From an uncultured Candidatus Rokubacteria bacterium (lineage in GTDB: Bacteria; Methylomirabilota; Methylomirabilia; Rokubacteriales; CSP1-6): a DNA stretch of 64,000 nucleotides. The notes beneath the pieces are model-generated. The model saw only the letters and a program-made list of their open reading frames with translations. It was not told where the DNA came from and ran no database searches. The stretch lies in the NCBI GenBank assembly GCA_963747235.1, contig CAVVEU010000013.1, forward strand, positions 160,001-224,000. Direction: 5' to 3'. The translations under genes and the position numbers were made by a program. Shown here piece by piece: positions 42,948 to 54,522 of this stretch. Every line of letters begins with the position of its first letter. The first letter of the stretch is position 1.

Positions 42948-44242
42948 CTAGTCCGGCAGCGCGTTGATCTGGCGCGCCAGATCCTCCATCGCGGCCTTGG
43001 CCGGCTTCTGCCCCGTGTAGACCGCCTCGATCACCGGTCGGGTCACGTTCTCGGCCGCGACCCACTTGGGCGTGGGCTGCCCGACCTGCCAGTTGCGGCG
43101 CCTGGCCGAGCAGGGCGCGCAGGACCGGGTCGCCGGTGATGCGCGGGTCCGCGTGGCTCTTGCGGCTGGCCGAGACCTGCCCGGCCTTGAGCGTCCACTC
43201 GGCCACGTTGTCGGTCATCCAGCGCACGTGCGCCCAGGCCGCGTCGCGCTTGGCGCGATCGGCCGCCCCCTTCGGCTTCGGGAAGGTGTACTGGTGCGGC
43301 ATCGCCCAGACCACCGCCTGCTTGAACAGGCGCGGCACCGGCACCGCCACGAAGTCGACCTTGGCCTCGCGCAGGCCGGCGAAGTTCCAGGAGCCCGCGA
43401 TCCACATGCCGAGCCGGCCCGCGATGAAGGCGTCGCGGCAGTTGGTATTGGCGGGCGGGGCGACCTTGTGCTGGTTCGGCGAGCGCCTCCCAGAACTCGG
43501 CGACTTCGAGCGCGGCGGGATCGGTGACGCCCGCGCGCTTGAGATCGGCCGCGTAGATGTTGGCGCCGTTCTGCCAGAGCAGGTTGTGGAAGCCCCAGGT
43601 GTAGCGGCCCGGGGTTGACGGTGCCGATGGCGACGCCGAAGGTGTCGGCCTTGGTGATCCGCTTGGCCATGGTGACGAGCTCGTCGCGGCGTCGCCCGGC
43701 ACGCGCGGGCGGCCGTCGGCGCCGACCAGCCCGGCGTCCTTCATCACCTTCACGTTGAGGTACATGATGTGCTGCGGGACGTCGAGCGGCAGCGAGTAGC
43801 GCTTGCCCTGGAAGGTGCCGCCCTGCCAGGTGGCGGGCAGGTAGTCCTCGCCGCGGAAGCCCTTCGCGCCGATCGGTGGCGTCGTCGATGGCCTCGAGCA
43901 CGCCGTCGCTCGCGAAGTGGGGAACCTCCACGGTGTGGATCAGGGCCAGATCGGGGCCTTCGCCCGCGGGCACCGCGACCTGGAGCTTGGCGTAGAGGTC
44001 GACCCAGGGCAGGCGCTGCTGCTCGATGCCGGATGCCGGTCTCGCGGGTGAAGCGATCGATCAGCTCGTCCATCACCTTGCCGTCGGCGCCGGTGAGGCC
44101 GTTCCAGTAGGTGATGGTGGCCTTCGGCTGCGCGGCGGCGCGGCCGGCCCACGCGGCCACGCCGACGCTCGCGGCGCCCGCGACGAAGGCCCGGCGGCTC
44201 GCCACGTCGCTTGCGCTCGACCGACGTTGTCGGACTGTCCAT
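42948..44242 (-). CDS. Carbohydrate ABC extracellular solute-binding protein (Tat leader); frameshifted
   Basis: SRRAFV leader, ITYWNGLTGADG, YSLPLDVP, MWIAGSW. Confidence 0.8.
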
Positions 44243-44260
44243 GGGGTTCCTCCGCGCGCC

Positions 44261-44320
44261 ACTCTACGGCTCCGCGCGGCGTGATGTCAAATTGACAGCC
44301 CGGGACGGACTTCTTAGACT
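44261..44320. promoter_or_regulatory. Back-to-back sigma-70-type promoters for the sugar ABC operon (-) and GH51 (+)
   Basis: TGTCAAATTGACA (44285-44297) gives TTGACA on both strands; plus: TTGACA-17-TAGACT-6-ATG; minus: TTGACA-18-TAGAGT then GGAGG. Confidence 0.65.
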
Positions 44321-44326
44321 CTGCCG

Positions 44327-45830
44327 ATGACCACGCACATCGGGATCGATCTGCGACGACGCCTCGGCACGGTGGACCGCCGCATCTTCAGCCAGTTCAT
44401 CGAGCACCTCGGCCGCTGCATCTACGGCGGCATCTACGAGGAGGGCTCGCCGCTCTCCGACGCCCGCGGGTTCCGGCGCGACGTCCTGGAGGCGGCGCGG
44501 CCGCTCGCGTTCCCGATCCTTCGCTGGCCCGGCGGCAACTTCGTGAGCGGCTACCACTGGCTCGACGGGGTCGGGCCCGAAGGACGAGCGGCCGCGGCGC
44601 AGCGAGCTCGCCTGGTACGCGGAGGAGTCGAACCGCTTCGGCACCAACGAGTTCATCGAGTACTGCCGGGAGATCGGGACCGAGCCCTTCATCTGCGTGA
44701 ACATGGGCTCCGGCACCATGGACGAGGCGCAGGCGTGGCTCGAGTACTGCAACGGCACCGGCAACACCTCGTGGGCGAACCTGCGGCGCCGGCACGGCTA
44801 CGCCGAGCCGCACCGGGTGCGCTACTGGGGCCTCGGCAACGAGATGTACGGGGGCTGGCAGATCGGCAACCTGGAGGCGCGCGACTACGTCAAGCGCGCC
44901 CGCGCGTTCGCGATGGTGATGAAGCGCACCGATCCGACCATCCAGCTCGTGGGCTGCGGGCAGACCGGCTGGAGCGAGTGGGACGAGGTGGTGCTGGGCG
45001 GGCTCGCCGAGTTCGTGGACTTCCACTCGATCCATCTCTACACCGGCAGCGCCGACCACTACACCACCGTGATGCAGTCGCACCAGGCCGAGCGGGCGGT
45101 GCGGATCTGCGCCGCGCTGATCGAGCGCGTGCGGCACATGCAGCAGATCGGCCACCCGATCCACATCGCCTTCGACGAGTGGAACGTGTGGTACCGCACG
45201 CGGAGCCACGCGGACCGGGTGGGCGGGGTGGAGGAGCGCTACACGCTGACCGACGCCCTCGCGGTGGCCTCCTACCTGAACGGCTTCATCCGGCAGTGCC
45301 GGGTGGTGCGCATGGCCAACTTCGCCCAGCTCGTCAACGCGATCGCCCCGATCTTCACGAGCCAGCAGGGGCTGTTCCTCCAGACCATCTACCACCCGCT
45401 CCGGCTCTACGCCGAGCACACCCTGGCGCACGGGCTCGACGTGCACGTGGACGGGGAGCGCTACACCCTCGACCCGTCGCAGGAGACCGACGCGGGGGGC
45501 GGGCGGGTGCACCACGTGGCCGACCTGGGGCCGTTCCTGCTGATCGACGCGGCGGCCAGCACGGACGACGCGGGGCGGGAGATCTCGGTGGCCCTCGTCA
45601 ATCGCGATCGCGACCGGGACCTGACCGCGACGGTGGAGGTGGTGGGCGCGGACGTGGCGGGGCCGGTGCGGGTCTGGGAGGTGAACGGACCCGAGGTCGG
45701 CGCGATGAACTCGTTCGAGCAGCCGCGCCGCGTGGACGTGCGCGAGCGCCGGGCCACCGCGCGGAGCGGCGGGCTCGACTACGTCTGCCCCGCGCACTCC
45801 ATCACGATCCTGCGCCTGACCGCCCGCTGA
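44327..45830 (+). CDS. GH51 alpha-L-arabinofuranosidase (frameshift near 44580)
   Basis: [51 protein letters not shown]. Confidence 0.9.
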
Positions 45831-45833
45831 CCG

Positions 45834-47060
45834 TCAGCCCTCGGCCGCGACGGTCTTGAAGGCGCGCTCCGCGGCCTCCAGCGTGCGCGCCACGTCCTCT
45901 TCGGTGTGGGCCGCCGACACGAACCAGTTGTGGGTGGGGTGCGCGTAGGCGCCCCCCGCGGTCACCAGCCCACACCAGCGGCGGGTGCGCCGGCGCTCGG
46001 GATCGTCGGCGAAGCGGATCACCGGCATGGCGGGCTGGCCCACCGGCATCAGCGGGACGCCGTGGCGGCGCGCCTGCTCGGCGAGGCCGTCGCACAGGAG
46101 CCCGCCGGTCCGCTGGATGCGCGCGATCGCGTCGGTGCGCGCGAGGACGTCCAGGGTGGCCAGCGCGGCCGCGAAGGCGCCGCTCGCGAAGAAGAACGAG
46201 CCCGTGAAGTAGATGCGCTCGGCCGCCGGGCGGAGCGCCTCGCGCGCGAGCCCGGCCGAGAGGGCGTGGCCGTTGGCGATGGCCTTGGAGTAGCAGATCA
46301 GGTCGGGCGCGGCCCCGAAGTGCTCGCAGGAGCCGCCCAGGTTGAAGCGGAAGCCCGCGCGCACGTCGTCCATCGCGAAGAGCGCGCCGTGCGCGTCGCA
46401 GAGCGCGCGCAGGCCCGGGAAGAAGCCGGGGGCGGGGGCCGCGCCGGTCAGGTGGTCGAACGGGGCGGTCATGACCACCGCGATCTCGCCCGGGTGCGCG
46501 GCGAAGAGGGCGCGCAGCTCGTCGAGGTCGTTCCAGGCGAACTCGAGCAGGTCGTCGCGATAGTGGGCGGGCACGCCGGGCAGGTGGGGGAGGGCCCAGG
46601 GCCGCGCGGCGTGATACGCGCCCCGCACCCGGGCGATGCGCGGCCGGCCGGTGTGCGCGCGCGCCACGTCCACCGCCCAGCTCGTCGCGTCCGCGCCGTT
46701 CTTGCCGAAGACCGCGAAGTCCGCGCGCGGGGTGAGGGCCACCAGCCGCTCGGCCAGCTCGACCATGCGCGGGCCCGGCAAGGGGAGGCAGTCGCCGCCC
46801 GCGAGCTGCTCGGCCACCGCGGCCTCGACCGCCGGGTGGCCGTAGCCCAGGATCATCGGCCCGTAGGCGCACATCCAGTCCACGTACTCGTTGCCGTCCA
46901 CGTCCCAGACGCGGGAGCGCTCCGCGCGCGCGAGGAAGCGGGGATGGCCGTCGCCGAGGGCGGCGCCGTTCTGGTGGCCGTAGACGCCACCCGGCATGAC
47001 TCGACGGGCGCGCTCCCAGAGCGCGTGACTCGCGGCGAGGCGCGGGGGCGGGGTCTCCAT
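45834..47060 (-). CDS. Class III aminotransferase, glutamate-1-semialdehyde aminomutase-like
   Basis: [41 protein letters not shown]. Confidence 0.8.
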   Translation of the reverse strand: METPPPRLAASHALWERARRVMPGGVYGHQNGAALGDGHPRFLARAERSRVWDVDGNEYVDWMCAYGPMILGYGHPAVEAAVAEQLAGGDCLPLPGPRMVELAERLVALTPRADFAVFGKNGADATSWAVDVARAHTGRPRIARVRGAYHAARPWALPHLPGVPAHYRDDLLEFAWNDLDELRALFAAHPGEIAVVMTAPFDHLTGAAPAPGFFPGLRALCDAHGALFAMDDVRAGFRFNLGGSCEHFGAAPDLICYSKAIANGHALSAGLAREALRPAAERIYFTGSFFFASGAFAAALATLDVLARTDAIARIQRTGGLLCDGLAEQARRHGVPLMPVGQPAMPVIRFADDPERRRTRRWCGLVTAGGAYAHPTHNWFVSAAHTEEDVARTLEAAERAFKTVAAEG

Positions 47061-47098
47061 GGCCGGGCATGATAGCACCCGGCCGCGGGCTCAGGCGG

Positions 47099-47488
47099 CT
47101 AGCGCTGCTCGAGGCCGAGCGCCATCACGGTTGCCGGATCCGGCCGGCCGGTGACCCGGAGCCCCTGGCGCCGCTGGAACGATCGCAGCGCCTCCGCGGT
47201 GTGCGAGTTCATGATCGCGTCGGTCGGGCCCGCGGGATAGCCCCGCTCCTTGAGCGCGGCGCGCACCGCCCGCAGGCGCTCCTCGTACCGGGTCACGAGG
47301 ACCGTCGGCTGGTGCTCGCGGTAGTACTCCATCCGGCGCATCAGGTCGCGCTCCCAGCGGCCGGTCATCGCGAGCCCGATCTCGATGACCCCGTACACCG
47401 AGAGCACCGCGAGGCCCGCGACGAGCGGGAAGAAGACCACCGGTCGAATGATGTGCTGCCGCAGCGGGCCGATCAGTCGCTCGAGCAT
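47099..47488 (-). CDS. Small membrane protein with C-terminal peptidoglycan-binding (PG_binding_1) domain
   Basis: One TM segment, then LKERGY..GPTDAIM..TAEALRSFQRRQGLRVTGRPD. Confidence 0.75.
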   Translation of the reverse strand: MLERLIGPLRQHIIRPVVFFPLVAGLAVLSVYGVIEIGLAMTGRWERDLMRRMEYYREHQPTVLVTRYEERLRAVRAALKERGYPAGPTDAIMNSHTAEALRSFQRRQGLRVTGRPDPATVMALGLEQR

Positions 47489-47500
47489 GTCGCACGGAAC

Positions 47501-47516
47501 TGCAACCGGTGTGCCG
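47501..47516 (-). promoter_or_regulatory. Sigma-54 promoter upstream of PG-binding protein
   Basis: Minus strand CGGCACACCGGTTGCA (GG-N10-GC); predicted start site falls within about 2 nt of the ATG. Confidence 0.7.
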
Positions 47517-47578
47517 CGCACGGAAGCAGCGGAATTCGCGGAAATTCCGCAGCCGGCGCGCCGCGCGGAGCGTCCCGC

Positions 47579-47593
47579 CGGAAGAAACTACCG
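47579..47593. promoter_or_regulatory. Palindromic enhancer-like site CGGAAGAAACTACCG
   Basis: Matches CGGWARNNNYTWCCG; 64 bp from the -24 GG of the adjacent sigma-54 promoter. Confidence 0.55.
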
Positions 47594-47620
47594 AGGACGG
47601 AATGACCGAGCGGGCGAGCT

Positions 47621-48508
47621 CTACAGGTGCGGGAGAACGGTGGAGGCGAAGAGCCAGGTGCCTTCGGGCCGGGGCACGTCGGCGAAGTTCACGGTGAGAC
47701 GCCGGGCGCCCTGCTTGATGATGCCGAGCATGGTCTCGGTCACCTGCGCCGGGGTGCCGACGATCTGGATGTCGTTCAGCGAGCGGGTCCCCGGCGCCTT
47801 CTTCAGGCGCTCGATCTCGCGCTCGTTCTCCGCGATCAGGATGCCGACGCGGACCACCTGCTCGATCGTGTCGTAGTCGCGGCCCACGTCGCGGCAGTGG
47901 GCCTTGAGCACCTCCTGCTTGTGGGCGTAGGCCTCGGGGCCCTTCCAGACGTAGTTCCACCAGTCGGCGTGCCTGGCGACCACCCGCAGCAGGTACTTCT
48001 CGCCGGAGCCGCCCACCATGACCGGCGGCACCGGATCGGGCCGCGGCTCGCAGTAGGCGCCCGCGATCTGATAGTGCTCGCCGCGGTACTCGGCCGGCGC
48101 CCCCGTCCACATGGCCCGGATCAGCTCGATGGCCTCCGCGAGCTGGGCGATGCGCACCCTGGCGGGCGGGTAGGGGAAGCCGTAGGTCCGGTACTCCTCC
48201 TCGTTCCAGCCCGCGCCGATGCCCAGGATGACCCGGCCGCCCGAGAGCGCCTGCGCGGTCGCCGCCATCTTGGCCAGGTGCGCCGGGTTGCGGAAGCTGT
48301 TGCAGAGCACCTCGTGGCCGCAGCGCTTGTCGGGATAGCGGGCCAGCGCCCAGGTGAGCAGCGTCCAGCCCTCCGCCACCTTGTTGGCGCCGTACTGCAG
48401 GTGGTCCGGCATCCACAGGATGTCGAAGGGGGCGACGGTCTGGTCGAAGTAGGGGAAGGTGTCCTCGACCAGCCGCGACCAGATGTTGAGCCCGACGGGA
48501 ACGGCCAT
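47621..48508 (-). CDS. LLM-class flavin-dependent oxidoreductase
   Basis: LWMPDHL, FRNPAHLAKMAAT, LGIGAGWNEEEY, VMVGGSGEK..VARHADWWN. Confidence 0.9.
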   Translation of the reverse strand: MAVPVGLNIWSRLVEDTFPYFDQTVAPFDILWMPDHLQYGANKVAEGWTLLTWALARYPDKRCGHEVLCNSFRNPAHLAKMAATAQALSGGRVILGIGAGWNEEEYRTYGFPYPPARVRIAQLAEAIELIRAMWTGAPAEYRGEHYQIAGAYCEPRPDPVPPVMVGGSGEKYLLRVVARHADWWNYVWKGPEAYAHKQEVLKAHCRDVGRDYDTIEQVVRVGILIAENEREIERLKKAPGTRSLNDIQIVGTPAQVTETMLGIIKQGARRLTVNFADVPRPEGTWLFASTVLPHL

Positions 48509-48519
48509 GGCGCGAGCCC

Positions 48520-49476
48520 CTAGCCGCGGAAGTGGCGGCGGTCGCCCGCGCGGAGCCAGAGGCGCACGAGATGCCGGCGGTCTTCGGGACGCTCGGCGTC
48601 CTCGTACGGCGTGCGGCCGTGCACGATCACGCGGTTGTTCAGCACCTGGATCTGGCCGCGCTCGACCCAGAGGTCGAGGCGATGGGCCGGGTCGCTCAGG
48701 AACGCGTCCATCAGGCGCACCGCCTCCGCGCCGTCGGCGTCGAGCGCGCGGCCGGTCTTCTCGTAGCCGCGCACGATGTGCCGGGCGTTGAAGCGCGTGC
48801 GCAGGCCGCCGTCCCACGCGAAGACGGGCCGGAAGTTGGTCGCGGCCGCGTCGGCCGCCTGGTACTCCTGGTGATCGCGGTAGAAGACCTCGTAGAGGCG
48901 GCGCAGCAGCGCGGGGTGCTCGGTCAGGAAGTGATTGTGCGCGGCGGCCGCGCTCGACACGATGCTCATGCCCCCGGCCCGGGCGGGCCGCAGGCAGAAG
49001 AGGCTCACGTAGTTCGGCGGCGCCTCGCCCATGCTGCTGTCGGTGTGCATCTCGAGCCCTTCCGGAGTCAGCGCCGCCCGCGTGTCCTGCGTGTACTCCT
49101 GGCCGTCGTGGCGCACGTCGTAGATGACGGTGCCCTTCCACTCCTGCGCGACCGGGGGCTCGAGGAAGCTCATCAGGAGCCAGTAGAGCGCGATCGCCTC
49201 GTCGCGGCTCATGGCGTCCACCGGGAGCCGGTCGAGCATCACGAAGCCCGGGCCCTCGTCGAGCTGGCGGCGCACCTCGCGCATCCACCGCGCGGTGGCC
49301 GCGAGCGGGAAGTGCTCGGGCAGCAGCAGGAGGGTCGGCACCGGCGCCCGGCGCAGCTCGGCGAGGGCGCCCTCGAGCTCGCTCAGCACGGGGGCGGGGA
49401 TCGGGATCAGGTAGCGGTCGGCGGCCAGCGTCGGGCCGTGCCAGGCCGCGGACTCCGGAATGACGGTGGAGAGCAT
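48520..49476 (-). CDS. TauD/TfdA family dioxygenase (clavaminate synthase-like)
   Basis: GPGFVML, MHTDS (HxD), LNNRVIVHGRT, RHLVRLWL. Confidence 0.85.
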   Translation of the reverse strand: MLSTVIPESAAWHGPTLAADRYLIPIPAPVLSELEGALAELRRAPVPTLLLLPEHFPLAATARWMREVRRQLDEGPGFVMLDRLPVDAMSRDEAIALYWLLMSFLEPPVAQEWKGTVIYDVRHDGQEYTQDTRAALTPEGLEMHTDSSMGEAPPNYVSLFCLRPARAGGMSIVSSAAAAHNHFLTEHPALLRRLYEVFYRDHQEYQAADAAATNFRPVFAWDGGLRTRFNARHIVRGYEKTGRALDADGAEAVRLMDAFLSDPAHRLDLWVERGQIQVLNNRVIVHGRTPYEDAERPEDRRHLVRLWLRAGDRRHFRG

Positions 49477-49630
49477 GGCGGGATTCTAGCAGCCCGCGCT
49501 GCCGCGCTGGGCCTTTACGTGGCCCGGGCCCGGCGGTAGCATGGCGCCCGCGAAGGGGCGGACCGAGTGAGTCCGCTGGAGAAGAACCCCGCAGCACCCA
49601 GGGTCCAGAGGACCCAAGGGGAGGATCGCC

Positions 49631-50888
49631 ATGACAGGAGCCTCGACGACGCGGCGGATCGCCTGGCTGATCGTCGCCGTCACCGGCCTCGCGCTCGTCG
49701 CGTGGCCGGCCATTGCCCAGCAGACCACCCCGCCGGCGGCCGAGCCTCCGAAGCAGGAGGAGGTGCCGTTCTGGGCGATCGGCCGACCCAAGGACGGGCC
49801 GGGCGCGCAGATGGCGCCGGTGCCCGCGTTCCCGATCCCGACGGCCGCCGACAAGCTGCCGATCGCCAAGATGAAGGTCCCGCCCGGGTTCAAGGTCGAG
49901 CTCTTCGCGTCCGACGTCTTCGACGCGCGCGGGCTGCGGCAGGGCGACAAGGGCACCGTCTTCGTCAGCTCGCTGTTCGGGGCCGGCAAGATCTACGCGC
50001 TCGTCGACAAGGGGGGCAAGCGCGAGGTCAAGGTGATCGCCGAGAAGCTGATGCTCCCGAACGGGATCGAGTTCCACAAGGGCTCGCTCTACGTGGCGAC
50101 GCCGAAGGACATCACCCGTTACGACGACATCGAGGCCAAGCTCGACAATCCGCCCGCGCCGGTGAAGGTCTACGACCAGCTCCCGGGCGACGTGCCGCAC
50201 GGCTGGAAGTTCATCAAGATCGGGCCCGACGGCAAGCTCTACGTGCCGGTGGGCGCGCCCTGCAACATCTGCGAGCCCGACCCGGAGAAGTACGCGCAGA
50301 TCCGCCGCATCAACCTCGACGGCAGCGGCATGGAGATCGTGGCGCGCGGCGTGCGCAACACGGTGGGCTTCGACTTCCATCCGAAGACCGGCGAGCTCTG
50401 GTTCACCGACAACCAGCGCGACTGGCTCTCGGAGGACCTGCCCAACGACGAGCTGAACCGGGTCACCAAGCCGGGCCAGCACTTCGGCTTCCCGTACTGC
50501 CACCAGGGCGACTTCGCCGACCCGCAGTTCGGCTGGGGCAAGGCCTGCGACGACTTCGTGAAGCCGGCGCTGCTGCTGGGCCCGCACTCGGCCCCGCTCG
50601 GCATGCGCTTCTACACCGGCAAGATGTTCCCGGAGAAGTACCAGAACGCCATCTTCATCGCGCGCCACGGGCCGTGGAACCGCACCAAGAAGTACGCGGC
50701 CGACGTGGTGGCGGTGTTCCTCAATCCCAACGGCACCGTGAAGTCCGATGGAGCCCTTCCTCACCGGTCTCGTCGAGAACAACGCCTATCTCGGCCGGCC
50801 GGTGGACGTGCTCGTGCTCAAGGACGGCTCGATGCTCGTCTCGGACGACCACGCGGGCGCGGTCTACCGGATCAGCTACAAGAAGTGA
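49631..50888 (+). CDS. PQQ-dependent sorbosone/glucose dehydrogenase family protein (frameshift near 50745)
   Basis: Signal peptide, PHGWKFI, VPVGAPCNIC, RGVRNTVGFD, DELNRV, HSAPLGMRFY. Confidence 0.85.
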
Positions 50889-50914
50889 CGGGAGCGGGCG
50901 GGCCGGGGGCGGTG

Positions 50915-51533
50915 ATGCCGCCGCTCTCGGCCCGCGTCGTCTTCCTGGCCGCGCTGCGTCGCGGCCGCCCTGCTGCCCGCCGTGCCCGCCACGCGGCCCA
51001 GTCCCCCGCCGCCCAGTCGGTGGACGAGCGCTTCACGGTCTGCCTCGCCTGCCACGGCGCGGACGGGCAGTCCCGCATCCCCGAGACCCCGTCACTCGGC
51101 GGGCAGCCGTCGTTCTTCGTGGTGGCCCAGCTCTTCCTGTTCCGCGAGGGCCGGCGGGACAACGCGGCCATGGTCGCGGCGGCCAAGGGGCTCACCAACA
51201 GCGACCTGACCGCCTTCGCCGAGCGCGTGACCAAGCTGCCGCCGCCTCCGCCGCCCGAGGACCCGGCTCGATCCCGCCCGCTTCGCGCGGGGCCGGACCC
51301 TGACCCTGCGGCACCCCTGCGGGGTCTGCCACAACCCGGACTTCTCGGGCCGCGAGCAGATGCCGCGGCTGGCCAACCAGCGCGAGGACTACCTGCTCAA
51401 GTCCATGCGCGAGTACAAGAGCGGGGCGCGGCTCGGCTATGGCGGGGCCATGTCACAGGAGCTGGCCGGGCTCACCGACCAGGACCTGATCGACCTCGCC
51501 CACTTTCTCTCGCACCAGCACGCAAGGCCTTGA
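50915..51533 (+). CDS. Di-heme cytochrome c4-like protein (frameshifted)
   Basis: CLACH and CGVCH heme motifs, PSLGGQ and PRLANQREDYL. Confidence 0.8.
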
Positions 51534-51543
51534 AACAGCGGCG

Positions 51544-52124
51544 CTAGAGCAATAGATCGGCGATGGGGATCCGCCGGCCTGGCAGGGCGAGCGGAGAGGC
51601 AGAGGCCCCGCGCGCGAGCACCGTGACCGATCCGGTAGCGCCAGCCGAACGGCGCGGCCGGGTCGGGCTCGGGGTCGCGGTAGACCTCGAGGGCGCGCTC
51701 CGGGAGATTCACGATCCAGTAGTCGGCGAGCCCGGCGCGGGCGTAGAGGCTGCCCTTGTGCTCGCGGTCCAGCGCGAGGCTCGACTCGCTCACCTCGACC
51801 ACCAGCACGGGGCGCGAGGGGTGGCCGGTCTGGTAGTCGCGAAAGCTCCCGGGCACGACGGCCAGGTCGGGCTCCGGCTCGGAGTCCTCATCCAGGGCGA
51901 GCGGACCCTGGCCGCGGACTTCCCAGCCGCGCCCGAACGCGGCCCGCAGCGCTTCCTCCGCGGCCCGGACGGCGGCGAAGTGGCCGCTACCCTGCGGCTC
52001 GGCGACGATGAGGTGACCGCCCAGCAGCTCGATGGGATCGCCGGGCCGGAAGAAGCCCGAGCTCGATCAGGCGGTCGTACTCGACCCGCTTCCAGCGCCG
52101 CGTCTTCGTCTCCGGCTCACTCAT
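51544..52124 (-). CDS. Uma2 family endonuclease-fold protein, second paralog (frameshifted)
   Basis: TRRWKRVEYDRLI, SEPEPDLAVV, VEVSESSLALDREHKGSLYARAGLADYWIVNL. Confidence 0.85.
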
Positions 52125-52130
52125 GCCCCG

Positions 52131-52159
52131 AGCCTAGCGACCCGGGTGGGGCCGGTCAA
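52131..52159 (-). promoter_or_regulatory. Sigma-70-type leaderless promoter for Uma2 gene 2
   Basis: TTGACC-17-TAGGCT-6-ATG; the -35 box overlaps the TGA stop of the upstream gene. Confidence 0.6.
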
Positions 52160-54513
52160 TGTCCCGGTCTGGAGACACCCGCGTGGAGCGCGGCCCACAC
52201 GCGCGCCGGCGACATCGGCATGTCGAGCTCGCGCACCCCGCGGCCGGCGAGCGCGTCGAGCACCGCGTTGACCGCGGACGGCAGCGCGCCCGCCACGCCC
52301 GATTCGCCCGCGCCCTTCACGCCCAGGGGATTGGTGGTGCAGGGGACGCCGTGGTGGCCGACGCGCAGGGCGGGCAGGTCGTCGGCGCGCGGCAGCATGT
52401 AGTCCATGAACGAGGCGGTGAGGAGCTGGCCGTGCTCGTCGTAGACCACGTGCTCGCCCAGCACCTGGCCCAGGCCCTGGGCGATGCCGCCGTGGATCTG
52501 CCCCTCCACGATGGTCTCGTGCACCATGCGCCCCACGTCGTCCACCGCCGCGTAGCCCACCACGGCCACCGCGCCGGTCTCCGGATCGATCTCGACCTCG
52601 GTGACGTGGCAGCCGTTGGGGAAGCTCATCTGGGGCGAGACGAACTTGGCGGTGCTGTCGAGCCCGCCGGCCAGCTCGGGCGGCAGGTTCGGCAGCGCGC
52701 GGGCGCGAGCGGCCAGGTCGAGCAGCCCGATCGCGCGATCGGTGCCCTTCACGCGGAAGCGGCCCGCGGCGAATTCCACGTCGGGGTGGGCGGCCTCGAA
52801 GTAATGCGCCGCCACGCGGCGCCCGTTCTCGATGGACGCGTCGCAGGCCATCGAGGCCGCGCTGCCCGCCATCATCATGGAGCGCGAGGCGACGCTGGGC
52901 GTGCCCGCCGGGACCAGGTCGCTGTCGCCCTGGACGAGCCGCACCGCGCCGGGATCGACGCCGAGGCGCGCCGCGATCAGGAAGGGAAAGGTCGAGAGAT
53001 GGCCCTGGCCCATGGGCTGGGCCCCGGTGTGGAGCGCCACCGTGCCGTCGTCGGCGAAGCGCAGCTCCACCACCTCGTCGAGGATGCCGCCCGCCACCTC
53101 CAGGAAGCAGGCGAGCCCGATGCCGCGCAGCCGTCCGGCCCGCTCCGAGGCCGCGCGGCGCCGCGGGAAGCCCTGCCAGTCGGCCAGGGCCAGCGCCTGG
53201 TCCATGATCGTCTCGAACTCGCCGCTGTCGTAGACCGGGCCGTTCGGCGTGCGGTAGGGCATGGCGGCGGCCGGGATCAGGTTGCGCCGGCGGAGCTCCA
53301 CGCGGTCCATGCCGGTGTCCAGCGGCCGCCTGGTCGATCAGGCGCTCGATGAGGTAGAGCGCCTCCGGCCGCCCGGCCCCGCGATAGGGCCCGAGCGGCG
53401 CCGCGTTGGTGAACGCCAAGCGTGACGTCGATGGCGATGGCCGGGATGCGGTACACGCTCGACAGGCAGTTCTTGGTGTTGTTGGTCCCGAACACCGCCG
53501 CGAACGCGGTGACGTACGCGCCGATGCCGACCCGCGTGCGCACCCGCAGGGCCAGGAAGCGGCCGGTCGCGTCGAGGGCCAGCTCCCCCTCGAGCATGCC
53601 GTCGCGGCCGTGGGTGTCGGCCAGGAAGCTCTCGACGCGGGTCGCGCGCCACTTGACGGGCCGGCCCACGCGACGGGCCGCGAAGAGCAGCGCCGCGTAC
53701 TCCGGGTAGGCCTGCACCTTCATGCCGAAGCCGCCGCCCACGTCGGGGGTGACCACGCGGAGCTGCTGGGGCGGGATCTTGAACACGCCTTCCGCGAGGA
53801 GCCGGCGCACCACCGCGACGCCCTGGGTGGAGGCGGTCAGGGTGTAGCGCTGACTGGCCTCGTCCCACTGGCCGATGGCCGCGCGCGGCTCGAGGGCGGA
53901 GGGCGCCAGCCGCGTGTCGTGCAGGCGCACCCGCGCCACGTGCGCGGCTCCCCGGATCGCCGCGTCCACCGCGGCGGCGTCCCCGTCGGTCCAGTCGAAG
54001 GCGACGTTGCCCGCCGCGTCGGGCCAGATCGGGTGCGCGCCGGCGGCCAGCGCGCGGTCCACGTCGGCGGCCGCGGGCAGCGGGTCGAGGTCGAGGCTCA
54101 CGAGGGCGGCGGCGTCGACGGCCTGGGCCGGCGTCTCGGCGACCACGATGGCGACCGACTCGCCCACGTAGCGCACGCGGTCCACCGCGAGCGGGGGAAT
54201 CGGCGCGACCGCCAGGAGCTTGCCGCCGCGGCCGGGGAAGGAGGCGGCGGGCGGGATCGCGCCCAGTCCCGCCGCGACCGCGTCACGCCCGGTCAGCACC
54301 GCGAGCACGCCGGGCATGGCGAGCGCCCGGCGTCGTGTCCACGGAGCGGATGATGCCGTGGGCCGCCGTGGAGCGGGCGAACGCGGCGTGGGCCTGGCCG
54401 GGCAGGTCCACGTCGTCGGTGAAGCGGCCGCGGCCGGTGAGGAGCGGACCGTCCTCGCTGCGCCGCCCGCCGGCCGCGGAGCCGAAGCGCAGCGAGGACT
54501 CCGGAGCGGTCAA
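52156..54513 (-). CDS. Xanthine dehydrogenase/CoxL-like molybdopterin-binding large subunit (frameshifted)
   Basis: EDGPLLTGRGRFTDD, VGGGFGMK, PYRGAGRPE, GQGH, NPLGVKGAGESG. Confidence 0.85.
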
Positions 54514-54522
54514 TTCCGCCAG

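Noticed and set aside
45834-47060. hemL assignment
   Set aside because: GSA-aminomutase-like but divergent and without heme-pathway neighbours; gene symbol withheld.
47621-50782. Very long Arg/Pro/Ala-rich ORFs (for example 1053 aa, 1321 aa, 892 aa)
   Set aside because: Shadow frames typical of very high GC DNA, joined to real genes by frame continuity; no domain signal in the extensions.
52156-54513. Aerobic CO dehydrogenase
   Set aside because: The active-site loop is PYRGAGR, not the form I AYxCSFR, and no coxM/coxS or accessory genes are adjacent.
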